DNA of 59,878 nt, counting the filler, from Platydemus manokwari (Eukaryota), in assembly GCA_037951405.1 (NCBI GenBank). It is 6 parts of 6 records of this genome, joined end to end, with 100 filler letters (N's around TTAATTAATTAA, not from the genome) between each part and the next. Parts side by side here need not be neighbours in the genome. Positions count along the whole stretch, not along the records: positions 18,283 to 28,559 come from JBBMOY011150215.1; positions 28,660 to 40,283 come from JBBMOY010559996.1; positions 40,384 to 49,828 come from JBBMOY011248985.1; 3 more parts are not named here. One strand, 5' to 3'. This document shows positions 26,878 through 40,561 of the stretch, one piece after another; position 1 is the stretch's first letter; each line of letters starts with the position of its first letter. A program made the translations under genes and the position numbers. The notes under the pieces are model-generated. The model made no database searches, had not been told where the DNA came from, and saw only the letters and a program-made list of their open reading frames with translations.

Positions 26878-29044
26878 ATTGTGTTCATTTTCTTTGGAAT
26901 AATCTGCACATTAGAGGACGCTCATTTTGTCAGTTCATGCTAGAGTGTATACTACTGCCATTATTGTTGTTCTTAAATGTGATTATGTATTTTGTCTTAT
27001 TATTTATTTCGATTTCGTTGGGATTTTATTATAAATGCTTAATAACTGTTAAAAGAAAGAAACTCATTCTAAGAGGTCACGATATAAGCATTTATTGTCA
27101 TGATTTTTAAATGATATTTTATCTATTCATAAATAAATATCTACATGAATAACTATAACAAGAATATTCAAGTTTGGAGTTGATAAAGTATATAATCTGG
27201 GATAAGAAATAATTGGTAAGAAGACAAGTTAATGTAATTTTAAACATTAAATACACAAGCATGAAAATATTTTAGAAAAAGGCAATTTAAAAACGATGTT
27301 TTTTTACAAATTCAGTAAAAGATCAGACATAGAAAAATGAACTTTGCAGTTAGAGATGGAAATTAACAATTTCTATTTGTTTTTTAATGCAATTATTACA
27401 AAGTATTGTTGTACCTTTATGTAAATGTTCTTGTAGAGAATGTGAAACAAATTATGAATATATAGTCAAAACATGAAATTACTATATTTAGATAAATATT
27501 AACTAAATCAATATATATGATTTGATATTTGAAATTAATTTTTGTTGTTGTTCTAAAGAGGAAAATAGTTTTGAAAATCATCAGAAACAATAATACCGAA
27601 TGATGGTATCGAACGTGCTAATATTGAATAATATGAAGTAAAAGCAAAATAAACAAAAATAAAATGTAAACAGGTCTTTTTATTTATTTATTTATAACTA
27701 ATTTTTAGGTATGAATATAAAATAAAAAAATAAATAAATTATTTCAAATGGAAAATTGTGTAAGAAAAGTTTACACAATGGTTAAGCAGTGAAAGAATAT
27801 CTTATCCTAATAATAATTTAGACGAATTTGTTTCCATATTCGAACAATTTGGACTTGACTCAGTGGTAGAATCAATGTTAGAGGTTCAATTCAATATCAA
27901 GATAAAGAATTAGCAAAAGACTTTCCATTAGACTTTGTGAAAAAATAGTTTTAATTTTTTATTATTTTGAATTATTCAGTGAAAATCATATTGATTAAGA
28001 AAGAAAAATTCTCTTGACTGAGTAATTAATTTATAATAAAATATATAAATATAATTTTATAGTTAATTATATATATCTTCAGTTTTATTTAAACATGGGT
28101 ATGAAAATTAAATGAATTATTATAAGTATTTAATAAAAAAACTAAAAACTAAAACTAAAAATACTAAAAATAATAAAAACTTTCACATAAAATTTTCTCA
28201 AAAGTAATCAATGATTTAAATAATAATTACTCTTGCGTAGAATTTCTAAGATACAGCACATATAATTATCACTTGTTAATTAGACGTCGGTCATATATAA
28301 CTTTTTTAAATAGATCACAGGCTTCTAAACTTTGTACCAAAAATAGCACAAAAGTTCTAATAAAAACATGATTGAATTTTCATTAGCATATTTATCTAAT
28401 TAATGAAATTAAAAAAATATTTTAATATAGTATAAAGCAAGAATATATGAACAACAACCGCAACTACAACAATGACTTATAAGATAATATTATCAATAAA
28501 ATAATAATAATATAATAATTCCATATTAAATTTAATTAAAAGTAGTTAATGATAAATATNNNNNNNNNNNNNNNNNNNNNNNNNNNNNNNNNNNNNNNNN
28601 NNNTTAATTAATTAANNNNNNNNNNNNNNNNNNNNNNNNNNNNNNNNNNNNNNNNNNNNAAATCATTTTTGTCAAGTAGATAACAATAATAAAAATCCTA
28701 TGGATAACACATTAAAATATAAAATCCAATGAAAATCATTCAGTAAAAAATAAAATGATATTGATTATTAGTAAAAACTGACAAAAATATTTATTAAAAA
28801 TAAGTAAACTGGTGTCCTTATTAACTTTTACTGTACTTGAATCTTACAAATTTGAACATATAGATCACAGGTATACATGTTTCGTAGTTATTTATACTTA
28901 AAAGTATCGAATAGCACCTTGAATTCGTCAATTCATGTGGCTAATGAAACAATTGAAATCGCATTGGAATAGATAATCTGATATTGATAAGGAAAATGTA
29001 CTCATCAATATCAGTAATAAACACATTAAGATAACAGAGTAAAT

Positions 29045-32000
29045 TTATTTATTTGAGTGATATAAGTGGCATATTTCAACATACATGAAGTAATTCTGCA
29101 TTGATGATTTGTAAATATATATATTAGTGACAAAAAATCAATTACCATGGGTCTAATCATCATTGGTTTGTTACGCGATATGATTGCTGGATCCAATAAA
29201 GGATCAACCATGGTATGAAAACGAGATGGATCTTCATCACCATAATTTGACGGTAAGTGTAGCGTAGAACGTGAATCCGTTGGTCGAAATAGTTGTGGAA
29301 CATCCGGTTGAGATAATCTCAATTGATTGCCTGGAAGTTCATTCACATAAAGAGCTTCTGACGAAATACCAGAATATTTGCTATTTAAAGTAGATGTTTT
29401 CGGTTTTGATCGAGGGTCATATCGACTCTTTTTTGGATTTACCATTTGAATAGGTACTTCCACCGCATGTGGAGGTGGTGGTTTTATTGGATGGTCATAG
29501 AAGTCGGTAGAATTCTATAATTGAGCATTGGTGAATTATTTCAAGGGAAAATAAAATAAACTTTTGGTCTGTTGATGGCCTCTTTGGTATCAGTTAAAGT
29601 GTTTTTTCTCATCCTCATTACATCATCATCATACTGACTGCGTCCCGATGAGCTCAACACAGATTTCATAGTTCCAGAGACTGGGGGAATTTTAGAATGT
29701 AAATTAGTGGTGCTCGGTTGAGTGCTGCCTATTCCAGAGTAAGTATCACTTTTCCAATTAGACTCTACAGGTGGATTCAAGAAAGTTTGACTTCCTGGTA
29801 GATAATGATGCTTCAGATCGTTGCAACGTATAAGGAAAGCTTTCTGACGTCTCTTTGTGTTTCGGTACCATAAAATAAAACAAAGGAGCAAAATAATACA
29901 CAATATTATTGATAGTACAATAATAGCGATCAAAATTTCAATTTGGACTAATTTGTATGCTCCATAAGGTGCTATACGAAAAATTACATGGGGATAATCA
30001 AATAAGCACAATAATACATTTTTGGCATATGTATTGGACACGTTGATCACATTGAAATCCTTCTAGCCAATCTGATCTAACAGCTGGACAACGCCCACCA
30101 AAAGGTATATAACTATGAACCCAAGCTCGAGTATTCCAGGAATCTCGATTAATAAAGAAGTAATTATTTTGTGATGTTGCCATGAATGTTCCCAACCATT
30201 TGACAATGTCTCGTGAATCTTTGAAAAATAATGATTTACGGTAGAATAGTTGATTTTTACCTGCTAAAACTGCATCGATTTCTGATTGACAAAAATTTCT
30301 CGCTTCTTGATAATCAAGCGGAGCACCGAAATAAAAATAACAATTTTTATCATAAAACTTCCATGTAGGAGGACAGTAAATTCCATTACCCAAAACGGAT
30401 TCATTAGTCTGAAATAAAATACCAAAATAGATTCAATCGATATTACAAAGAATGAAAAAGAAAAAAAAGTAAAACAATATAAACATATTATTAATATTAG
30501 ATTATATGAAAATCTTTTCATTCTTGATGAGTTTGATAACAATAAGTAATGGACGAATTTATAAAAAAGGTAAATATAAAAATGAAATCGAAGGAGTAGG
30601 ATGACCTTTAAATTACTTTGGAAACCGAAAAATGAAATTAACGAGAACAAGAAACAATACAATTAACATAATAAAACATAAGCACAGAAATAATTAAGAA
30701 TAACAAATAATAAGTTTACAACTTGAGATTCGGTTAACAATTCCCAAAGTGTTAAATTCCCAATCATACAACACACGGTTAACTGCTTCTCAAAAGTTGT
30801 ATCAGTACATGAATGCCAAAATATTTTTCAAACAAAGAGAACTAAAATTGCAAATTGATTATACTGTAGATTATCTATGATTCCAGAAAATTATGAAAAT
30901 AAAAATAGAATCCGGACGATATACATAGAATAAAATGAACAAAAAACACAAAAGTCGGTTTAATGGAAATCTTTTCGTTGAGAGATTTTATGAAAGATTT
31001 AACGATGCAAATAAGCGAAAATTTTCAGATTAATATAATAAATAATTATTAATATTAACATTATAAAAATCGAATTATAAATGCCATTTCGTATTCAATT
31101 TAAATGAAAAGAGATTTTCAACCATATTATAAATTGGAAAATAAATATAGAAACACATTTTTTAAAAATTTAAATATGAATCCAAAAAATGGAAAATCGA
31201 GAGGAAAGATTTTATCAATTTTTATAATATTTTTCTATATTTATCATGTTTGGTTTTTGATGTTTGAAAGTAATTTGTCTCTCTCTTTTACCACTTCAAT
31301 GTTAAAATCTTTTATATGTGAAATGCAATTTACAAAACCACCTAAAACGCATAATAAAAGTATGACCAAATGTATTATAGCAGTTTGTCAGAATGATTCT
31401 GATAAATAATGATTCATACAAGACATCATTGCAAGTTCAACATAAAACAGTCACCTACACCTATATAAAATGTGATCTCAAAATACATACCCATAAAACA
31501 GCCAACCAGAACACGATGCCATGATTTTTTTTATAAAAAATAAAACCCCATATAATTGTTCTTTGTGTATAAATTGCTTTTAGAGTTTCCACACGAATTG
31601 GTTTATGGTTGTAAATAGTTTTGTCTTAAAGATTCAGTTGTTCCGAAACATTTGTAGAAATTACTAAAATTATTATTTCGAAGAGTATAAATTTTGGAAA
31701 TCGAAACGCGAAAATTTTTGAAGCTTTGAAAATAGATATTTTAAGTGAAAAAGTTACTTTGAAATATTGATTCATAATTAGAAGTCGACAACATTTTTTT
31801 AACCCACCATATCATTGCATTACAAAATAAATGTATAAAATTGCTACTTAATAATATTAAATTGAGTTATTATGGTGCAAAAAGATTTCCTAAACGTCTG
31901 TAACAATGGATAATTTCCAAGTGAGCATAAAAGGTTTTTAAATATCAACATCATTAAATAAGATCATTTCATTTATACACATGTAATTTGATGATAATTA

Positions 32001-35000
32001 TAACTTGATTTCAAACAAACAAACCCAACCTTAAAGGATGAAGTATAGTCAACTGGAATCAGATAATTGTCATCACTTTGATCCCAAATGCGACCTTTGA
32101 TAAAGTATGTTGGGCTTTCACCCCACCAGTTTTGTGTAGCAATAATATTATCAGTCCGATAACAAACACAGGAATTCCGTTCCAACATGACAGTCCACAC
32201 GCTTTGACATTCTCTTGCAAGAGGACATGCATTACCTGGTTCTATTCGCGATTCCCTAATGTTGAAATTATCATTTAATTTTTGCTATAATCAATAAAAA
32301 CATTCGAAATTATGAAAAAGTTTTCCAACAAACAAAATTGATTTATGCTGTCATGTCACGATTATAAGTTGAAAGAAATGTTTGGCATAAAGAAAGAAAC
32401 CGATAAATATCAAAATCTGAATTTCCTCATTGAAACTCCATGGATAATCATTATATATTAACAATCAAATCAAAATCTCACTTCATAATGGATCGGTTCC
32501 CAACCACCAATTCAAAATCGTTTCGGAGATTTCTGAAATAATTATTTGTGAAAATATTCTTGCTATTGGCACAGTAGATAGTCGTTGAACGAGTATAATT
32601 GATTGACCAATTGTCATAGAATCCATTCCACAAATATTGTGATTTGGTGCTGATATCTTCTTCACCACTGATGTTTACCATCACCGAGCCACGGTTTTTG
32701 TTTAAATAGTTGTACGCAAAAGGGCTCATTATGATTCCCTGAATCTTGATTACGTCTCGATTTTCACAATCATTATTGGAGAAGAAATTTCTTTCAACTC
32801 GAGCCGTACTTATATAATTCCCTAAATGGAAGACAAAAAATATAATCCATATCAAACAATCATTTTATTTATATTATTTTTAAAAAGAATAAATTGATAA
32901 TTCTTCTAAAAATAACAAACGTTTTGAGTGTTAAGTTGATAATAAGCTTAAATGCGTTAGATACACACATTTGGCCAGGGGTGAGTAAGAATGGAGCGGT
33001 ATGTGTGATATCATATCTGACTGCTAAATCTATTTTGTCCGGCCGCATTTTGAGACGATAGCGGTCAGATCAGTTAATCTTTACATCGCTTACTATTGTA
33101 TCGATGTTCAAAATATTATTACCGACGTGACAGTGCATTTTATGAATTTAAGGAAAATGAAAAAATCAATCTATAATAATAGAAAGAATAAAAAATGTAT
33201 TATGCCAAGAAATTTTAATGAGATTTTTGAAATTTTATAATTGAATTCAATTAATATATTATTACATTCTGTTGACGACATGGTATCCGACTCTCATATA
33301 AATGCCATAGGAAGCGACACTGATGAAACACGTGCAATTTCAGAGTTAGAGTAAATATGTAAAAATATTGATTTTGTACTTTAAAATTAAAATTTATAGA
33401 AAATGATATATTTACAAATATCAGCGAGAATATAAATTTAATAAATAATTTTATAGTGCTTATGATCAATGATTTTCAAATCAATAAAAATATCTAAAAA
33501 AATCTAACCAATCATTTTCAAGCAGCTACTTAAAGTAGTATTGACGATGACATTATTGGTAAAATTTGTTCTGATAGGTTTATTAATACCACTCGAATAA
33601 AGATGAAATTCCGAGCCTCCTCGATTCTTATAGAAATAGTTATTACCAACATTTACTTCACGACAATTCTGTAATCGAATCAAAGTGACGGGATCTGCAG
33701 TGATGTTTAACATTGGACTTCCACCATTGTCAATAAATCGATTGTAATAAACATCAATTCTGGGATTCATTTCACCGACAGCAGCAATTCGTATTGCTCC
33801 GGCTTGGTTTCGAGAAAATCCAGACTCGGCTATTCGATGGAAAGTGTATTGATTTATATCCAAGAAAGTAGTATCAGAAGAAATTGGAACTGTTATGATC
33901 TCCATAATGAAACCGTGATGTTCACTGGCAGGACTGGCAAACAATTGTAATCCTAAAATACTATAACCATACTGAGTGACAAATGTTGGCAAAGTGAAAC
34001 TGGTGAGGAAACCGTTTGGATTATCATTAAAAATCGGCTTAGCGTTGAGATTATATAAAAGCTCAGTCGAATTGAACGAGTCGCCATTAGTCATTCGAAT
34101 GGAATTTTTAGTGAATGGATCATAAAAAAGATTTAGTTGAAGAAATCGAACCGCTATTTGTTTATTTTGAATAGAGCTACGAATCAATTTCGTACAAGCA
34201 ATAGTTCGATAAGAATAGCGATAATATAAAATCAATCTGTCAGTGACGTAAATATCTTTTGCGATATCACACATTTCCACCAATCCTAAAACACTGGACG
34301 GTAATGGTGATAAACTCATTGGCAGCAATTCCTTTTTATTATTGATTGGATCAGATGAATCACCATTCAGAATAGTTATCGCTGCACCATATCCTGCATT
34401 ATCTTCAAAACTTGAATTTGTTACATAAACGAAAATTCTCGGTGCAACTAAATCGATCCCATTCCAAGCACATTTATCGATATTGACGAATTTGATGTGA
34501 GGAAATGCATGTGTTGTCTGAATAGCTGACACTAATTCTCCGTGAAGCATTCCGGCTTTCGTTATGTTGATGTATTCCAAATACGATCTCTCATTTTCAT
34601 TCACCATACCAGTCTGTTCCAGTCCCGGTCGGATAATTCTAATATTTCCCCAATAGAATTCATTCTTTTCCAGAAAATCTGATTCACACCTCAAAAAGAC
34701 AAACTCTCTGCGTACCAAACATTGGAAAGCATTGAAATTAAATCTTTTCACACAGTCGTTGATTTTGGATTCATAGCCTCGACAAGCATATCGATAATTC
34801 CAGATATATTTCACTACAAACGGGTTATCGTATCCGTACAATTGGAAATCCAACAAATAACTTCGGTGAATTCTGGGATTATTAGCTTTCAATCCCATTT
34901 CACGGCAAACCACACTGCCAACCTGTTTGGAAAATTGATTATCACATAGATAATCCCATCTTTGAGCTGATTGGTTAAAAAATTGCACAAATCCTTCACC

Positions 35001-38000
35001 TGCCAATTTCCCACCAATGAGTCTAATTTGATTTGGACCACTTCCAGAAGTAGTTATAGCTCGACGAAATCTTTGGTTCGAAGATACATTGCCAGTTTTA
35101 TACGGACGCATAATGATTGGACGATGTTGAACACCTCTGGCAATTAATTTACCGAAAACTAAAATGCCAATATTAGGCATGAATTCAAGTATAACTCCAG
35201 AATCGATTCTAAATTCGACTCCAGGTAAAACGGTCAGATCTGACTGAACGATATATGGTTGAGGTCGGCTTTGGAGAAATAAGTTTTTAGTGATTTGACC
35301 ACCTAATCTCCCATTGATATCAATCACAAGAGCACTTATGGCTTGATTGAACATTCGGTGTGTTGTCGAATCATTGACCAATAAAAATCGAGCAAATATC
35401 ACTTCAGCATAATTATTCCAATTGTTGATATCAAAAATTAAAGATCGAATTTTATTGACATCTGTCGTTCCCCAATAGTTTTCGGTAGCATCGAATCGAC
35501 TATTCAATTGATTTGTTATCAATCCAGCTACTAATTCATATTTGAACATATTTTTATTGTCTAGAATGTTTCTGTTAACAGTAACGTTTTGATTACCAAA
35601 GACACCCAACGTGTAACATGTTGTTGCGTAATTGATAGCATAACTGTCTTGTGGGCACGAATTATTCACAATGGTATTGTAACCGATATAACCTATTACT
35701 GGATTTGCCTGTTCAGTTTGACTGTAACTAATCGCTTCAATTATGTATTGACAATTCTGATTGTTATCGAATCGATTGAAGGAAATATTGAATAACTTTT
35801 CCATTCCTTGCATCGACAACAATCCTTGTTTTATACAATTGTTATTTGAAAATTGATTGTTTCGAACATTAAATCTTAAGAAATAACCATCGATAATGTA
35901 TTGGAAATTGGAATTATCACTGAAACTGTTCCAGAGAAAATCAATCGAGTGATCAATATTTGGAAGATATCGCCAATCAAAACGAGTGCTAACAAAAGGC
36001 ATCTGGATATTAATTCCTCCCCTATTCAATCGAAATGTATTATTGCTAATTGAATATTGCCAGACATTATTGGAAAATGGGACATGATTGTGTTCCGAAA
36101 GGAGAATATTACCATTATTGGTAAAAGAGCAATTATAAATCGTGTAATAAATACGACAAATTCGCGCAGTGGATTCTATCTCGAAAGAGTCACCGTAAGT
36201 AGGGAAGTAGAAATCATTAGAGAATGGTGATACACTGGGAATATGAAGAGCCTGTTGAGAATTGTTGTGAAATAGAACATTATTGATTCGGATGTACAAT
36301 CGGCTTTGTCTCAATGTATAACTTCGATTCTGGCTATCGGTACCGGTATTAAAATGTGTTATAGTTGCTCCAATCCCATTGTTAGATATATTGGAATTAG
36401 TGATTATGAAATTCGTTGGAAAATAATACATCATTCCATTGGCAGTTGTGGAATTACGTGGCAATTTATTATTGTTCCATAATTCAATGAATGAACTTGC
36501 TTGTACAATAAATGATAATCGACCACTTCTCGTTCCATTGACAATCACTCTTATCGTTATGTAAGGCCCATTTGACAGTACCGGAAATCGAGTAAGATCA
36601 TTAGGAATTGACCAATAAATGCTCGAACCAAGATTCGTATTGGGATTTGCAAGTTGGGCAATCACAGTGCTATACGAATTATCAAACAATGTCACATTTT
36701 CCACAGAAGTATCAGGATTAAAATCAATAAGAGTCACTAATAATTGTTGTTGAATATTTGGATCTGAAGCTTTCAGTTCTATCCAATAAGTTGTCTTAAT
36801 AAATGAAAATTATTGATAAGATTATAATTTTTAATATTATTGGTTTATTATTTAATATATATCAGTTGAATGCTAAATATTGAATTGCAGAAATTAATAG
36901 TCTTGTTGAAAAATCATTATTATATGTGTTACCAGGACACGTTCTTATAAATTAGCATTAATACCATCGTGTTATTCACTTAATACAGTGTTCTTAAAAG
37001 GAGGGACGGGGAAAATTTTTTAGGGGTCGCGAGAATTTCATTTTTGACAGACTTATAATAAGACAAAATATCGATCGAACTTTAAAGATTTGGAATTAGT
37101 ACTGAGACCAGCCATCACCGAAATAGAGTCAAAATTTGATGTTTTATGCGGGAATATGCAAAATCGTTGTTATTATTAAAAATATTTTAATTTTTTGGTG
37201 TTAAAATTTTTTTATAAAAAAATTACTATCTTTATTTTAGTCTCTAGGGGTCACGAAAAATTTTGAACTCGTAAAGTGGGTCGCAACACAAAAATTGTGA
37301 AGACCACTGACCTAATATATGATAAAGCTCGAATTTTCGAGTAATAGAAAACTATTGTCTCTGAAATTTTCAATTTATCTAACATATTTCATCTATAAAC
37401 AACTAAAATGAGAATAAGAGAAAGAAGTTTTTCAAAATGTCTCCAGATGAAATCAAATACACTATTACTTGATAGAATTAAAAGATTTCCAATTTTTCAG
37501 AGAAATGTTTTCAACACAGCAAAAAATTCTCAAGTAATTTTTCAAAAGATTCTTAACGTAAGCAGATATGGGAATTACTTATCGAACCAATGACAATCCC
37601 CAAACAGGAAATCCAATGACAGACCAGTTTCAGTTATTTCAACTGACTCATCAATATCAAACAGAACTTGTAATCCATTATTTCGTGGATTATAATTTTC
37701 GCTAACACTGATAGATTCGAACTCGTGACTAATTTACTCAAATCCATTATCACCGTTATAATTCGATCTTTATTTCTTATCAACTTGTCCCACACAATTA
37801 TAAACGTAACTACTCATAACTACTCATCGAAGTATAATAAATCAATAGAGTAAATCATTAGTATAGAATTAAGTAATGGTTTTTTATTGCTCATATTTGA
37901 GTGGTTGAGAATATAATGAGTTGTCCAAAGTTTGTTAGTATTGATTTTTAATCAATAAACACCAATTAATATTCATATTTATCAATGAATAAATCAAAAA

Positions 38001-38834
38001 TAACAAATATTGATCTCATTATCATATCTATAATTATAATAATATTATTAATCAATATTATAAATAAATTATAAATTATTAATATAAAATAATAATAAAC
38101 ATATAATCACTGAAAGGGTCCAACCTTTTCATCCATTGTTCCAACAGGCATAAACAACACCTCAATACCAATTGTATGAATGGACAGATAAGATACTCCA
38201 TTGACAATGTTCGAAATCATATTCAATGTTTTCAACATGGTGGATCGATAATCGAATAAACTCTCTTCCGAAAATCCCGGATCCAATTTCAAACCGGAAT
38301 GTCCATTGTTGAAGAACGTACACTGATCAAATGTTATCCAAGGCGTTTTACTGATTGCACCGGATCCCAAATTGTTAATGGCATTCAAATTTGTGATTTT
38401 ATTAAAGGCCAACAAATCATTGTGATTTATTAACAGACCATCGGACAGGCCATTGATTATCTGGAATAAATAATTGTATTTCACAAAAATTGATAATTAA
38501 TTGATTTTACCATAATATCATGAACAATATGTTTGTTGAAATCAATTTGAAGAGCAGGTTTAAATTGATTCACATAATAATCCAACAATCCTGCTTCTTC
38601 AATAATTAATCGTGATAATGTCGACTGTTCATTGGTTAATGAGATCTTGATTCCGGCCCAGCCCGGTTTGTAACAGCGGACATTAACAATGCCTGCTGAA
38701 CATTGATGTTCTGATGATATGTCGAATTCACATTGGCTAAAACTTGTCATCCAGTTTTGACAACGAACAGTTGACATGATAATCGAATCGTTGAAAATAT
38801 TACCTATTTTACTAGATTGATCGATTTTCCAATC
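29045..38834 (-). CDS. bark: Bark beetle/Anakonda-like type I membrane protein (SRCR, beta-helix repeats, CTL, TM); 3' portion
   Basis: Phase-consistent exons: 38834-38511, 38460-38125, 36794-33509, 32821-32482, 32255-32030, 30408-30261, 30218-30018, 29971-29562, 29514-29146; terminal exon uncertain (29095-29045). Motifs: FDATENYWGT..IFDINNWNN, PYIVQSDLTVLPG, SRCR IRLIGG..GEGFVQ..CD.QF..VVCREMG, CTL CPPTW..CYFYF, TM ILIAIIVLSIILCIILLLCFILW. Confidence 0.88.
31330..31580 (+). mobile_element. Possible piggyBac-like transposase C-terminal remnant in a bark intron
   Basis: Frameshifted RTRCH...PYNCSLCINCF*SFHT resembles the piggyBac Cys-rich tail. Confidence 0.3.
36986..37309. mobile_element. 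hAT-type MITE, copy 1 (bark intron)
   Basis: CAGTG...CACTG termini; 8-bp TSD ACTTAATA/ACCTAATA (7/8); internal sequence shared with 56651-56954. Confidence 0.88.
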
Positions 38835-39068
38835 CTACACAAAATTAGTTGTAACTAATATCCAATAATATATTAATGGAAATAATATAAAAATATTAAT
38901 AGATTATCGTAAATCTTCAAACAATAACGATTAAAATAATAAGAATAACAATAAAAATAATAATATTAAATGAAAAGTGAAAGAAAAATAAAAATTATAA
39001 TATTATTAATGTATAAAATAATAACTGAGGAAAATTTAAAAGAGCTATTTAATAATTGAGGTTCATTT

Positions 39069-39304
39069 GTGCCTTTGATTATGAAAGTGGTATAAGTCAT
39101 ATATTTCTTGTTTGGAGATATTAAGGAATTTGCATGTTAAAGAATTAAAAAATATTTGTGTATTATGGAATGAAATATTTTGACAATTAATTAGCGCCGG
39201 TAAATCAGCATTTAATATGATTGTGAAATTTATTATCATTTTGAAATAGAAATTTGGTTTTGAAAGGTTGAAATGACTTATACCACTTTCATAATCAAGG
39301 GCTC
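39069..39304. mobile_element. MITE with ~32-bp terminal inverted repeats
   Basis: GTGCCTTTGATTATGAAAGTGGTATAAGTCAT on the left; ATGACTTATACCACTTTCATAATCAAGGGCTC on the right. Confidence 0.8.
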
Positions 39305-40125
39305 AATTATTATTGATTTGTTACGATTATTTGTAATTTACCTTTAGATATCACCTAATATCAAAATATGTGCAATGATATCCATTAATTTTATCAAAAA
39401 AATGAATCATTAAATTTATTTAATTTAAAATTTAAAATTTTGAAAAATTCACTAAAATCAACTTTAAATAAAACAAAATTAATTATAAAACACAATATAC
39501 GCCTACCATTGTGATCATGATCTCGATATGATTTCTAATATCTTTTAAATAAAATTTTATTTAAATTTTTTCTGGTAATTCTTAATGAAATCACATATTT
39601 TAAAACTGCATTCATTTGCCAAATTATAATTATATTAAATTCTGATTGGTGTTTATAAATAATTATTATCGATTGCGAATAAGATATTGAAATTTGATTT
39701 TCAAATATGAAGTTCGAAAAAAAGTTATGTTCATTGAATATTTCCTACGTATTTTGAGATCATTTAATACATGTATGTCAATGTTTTCATATAGCGTTGC
39801 AAAATACACTTTTTGTTATATTGTATATCATTTCAATTACAAATGGGCACCAATTTTAATTATAATTAGCCACAATAATAGTAAAAATAATGATAATAAT
39901 AATAATTATTATTATTGTGTCATAATCAAAATGATTCTTCAGTAAGTTTTCCGCAGTAATTAATTATCTAATAATTAAATTTAATTTTCCTGAATAATTC
40001 TCTCGAATATGTTTACCAACACTGGTCATCATTGCCGTAATAAATGAATTAAATTGTAAATTTAACTTTGAAAATGATTCAGAAAGTTGTTTTAATAATT
40101 CAAATAATTCATAAATTATTGACAA

Positions 40126-40283
40126 ATGGAATTAAAACAAGTTGATAATACCTGTCCAATTTGCTTTGAAACACTAGAATCAGATAATTGTATCACATTC
40201 TTCAATTGCAAGCACAGATACTGTCAAACCTGTGTAGATCAAATCGTATTTCAATATACTGTTTATTGTCCCTTAGACAGAAC
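40126..40283 (+). CDS. N-terminal C3HC4-type RING finger ORF (fragment, runs into a gap)
   Basis: MELKQVDNT-CPIC-x14-CKHRYCQTC-x11-CPLDR: RING-HC spacing with Asp at the 8th ligand, as in TRAF and roquin RINGs. Confidence 0.75.
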
Positions 40284-40458
40284 NNNNNNNNNNNNNNNNN
40301 NNNNNNNNNNNNNNNNNNNNNNNNNNNTTAATTAATTAANNNNNNNNNNNNNNNNNNNNNNNNNNNNNNNNNNNNNNNNNNNNCAATATTTGAATGTATT
40401 ACATTTTACTCCACATGGCAGTTGAAAATATCAATTAATTAATTAATTAAAAAATTAC

Positions 40459-40561
40459 CTAAATTATCTGATTCCTCAGATTGTGAAACCAGAAATATAA
40501 TTGCAAGTAAAAATATGATTTGAATTAGTAAACTAAATTTGTAACTGGAAATCGAGAACAT
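40459..40561 (-). CDS. Signal-peptide first exon, probably of bark
   Basis: MFSISSYKFSLLIQIIFLLAIIFLVSQSEESDNL followed by a G|GTAATT donor. Same strand as bark but across a gap. Confidence 0.55.

Noticed and set aside
33251-33469. Possible extra bark exon
   Set aside because: Stop in the required phase; exons 33509 and 32821 already join in frame (MIG|NYIST).
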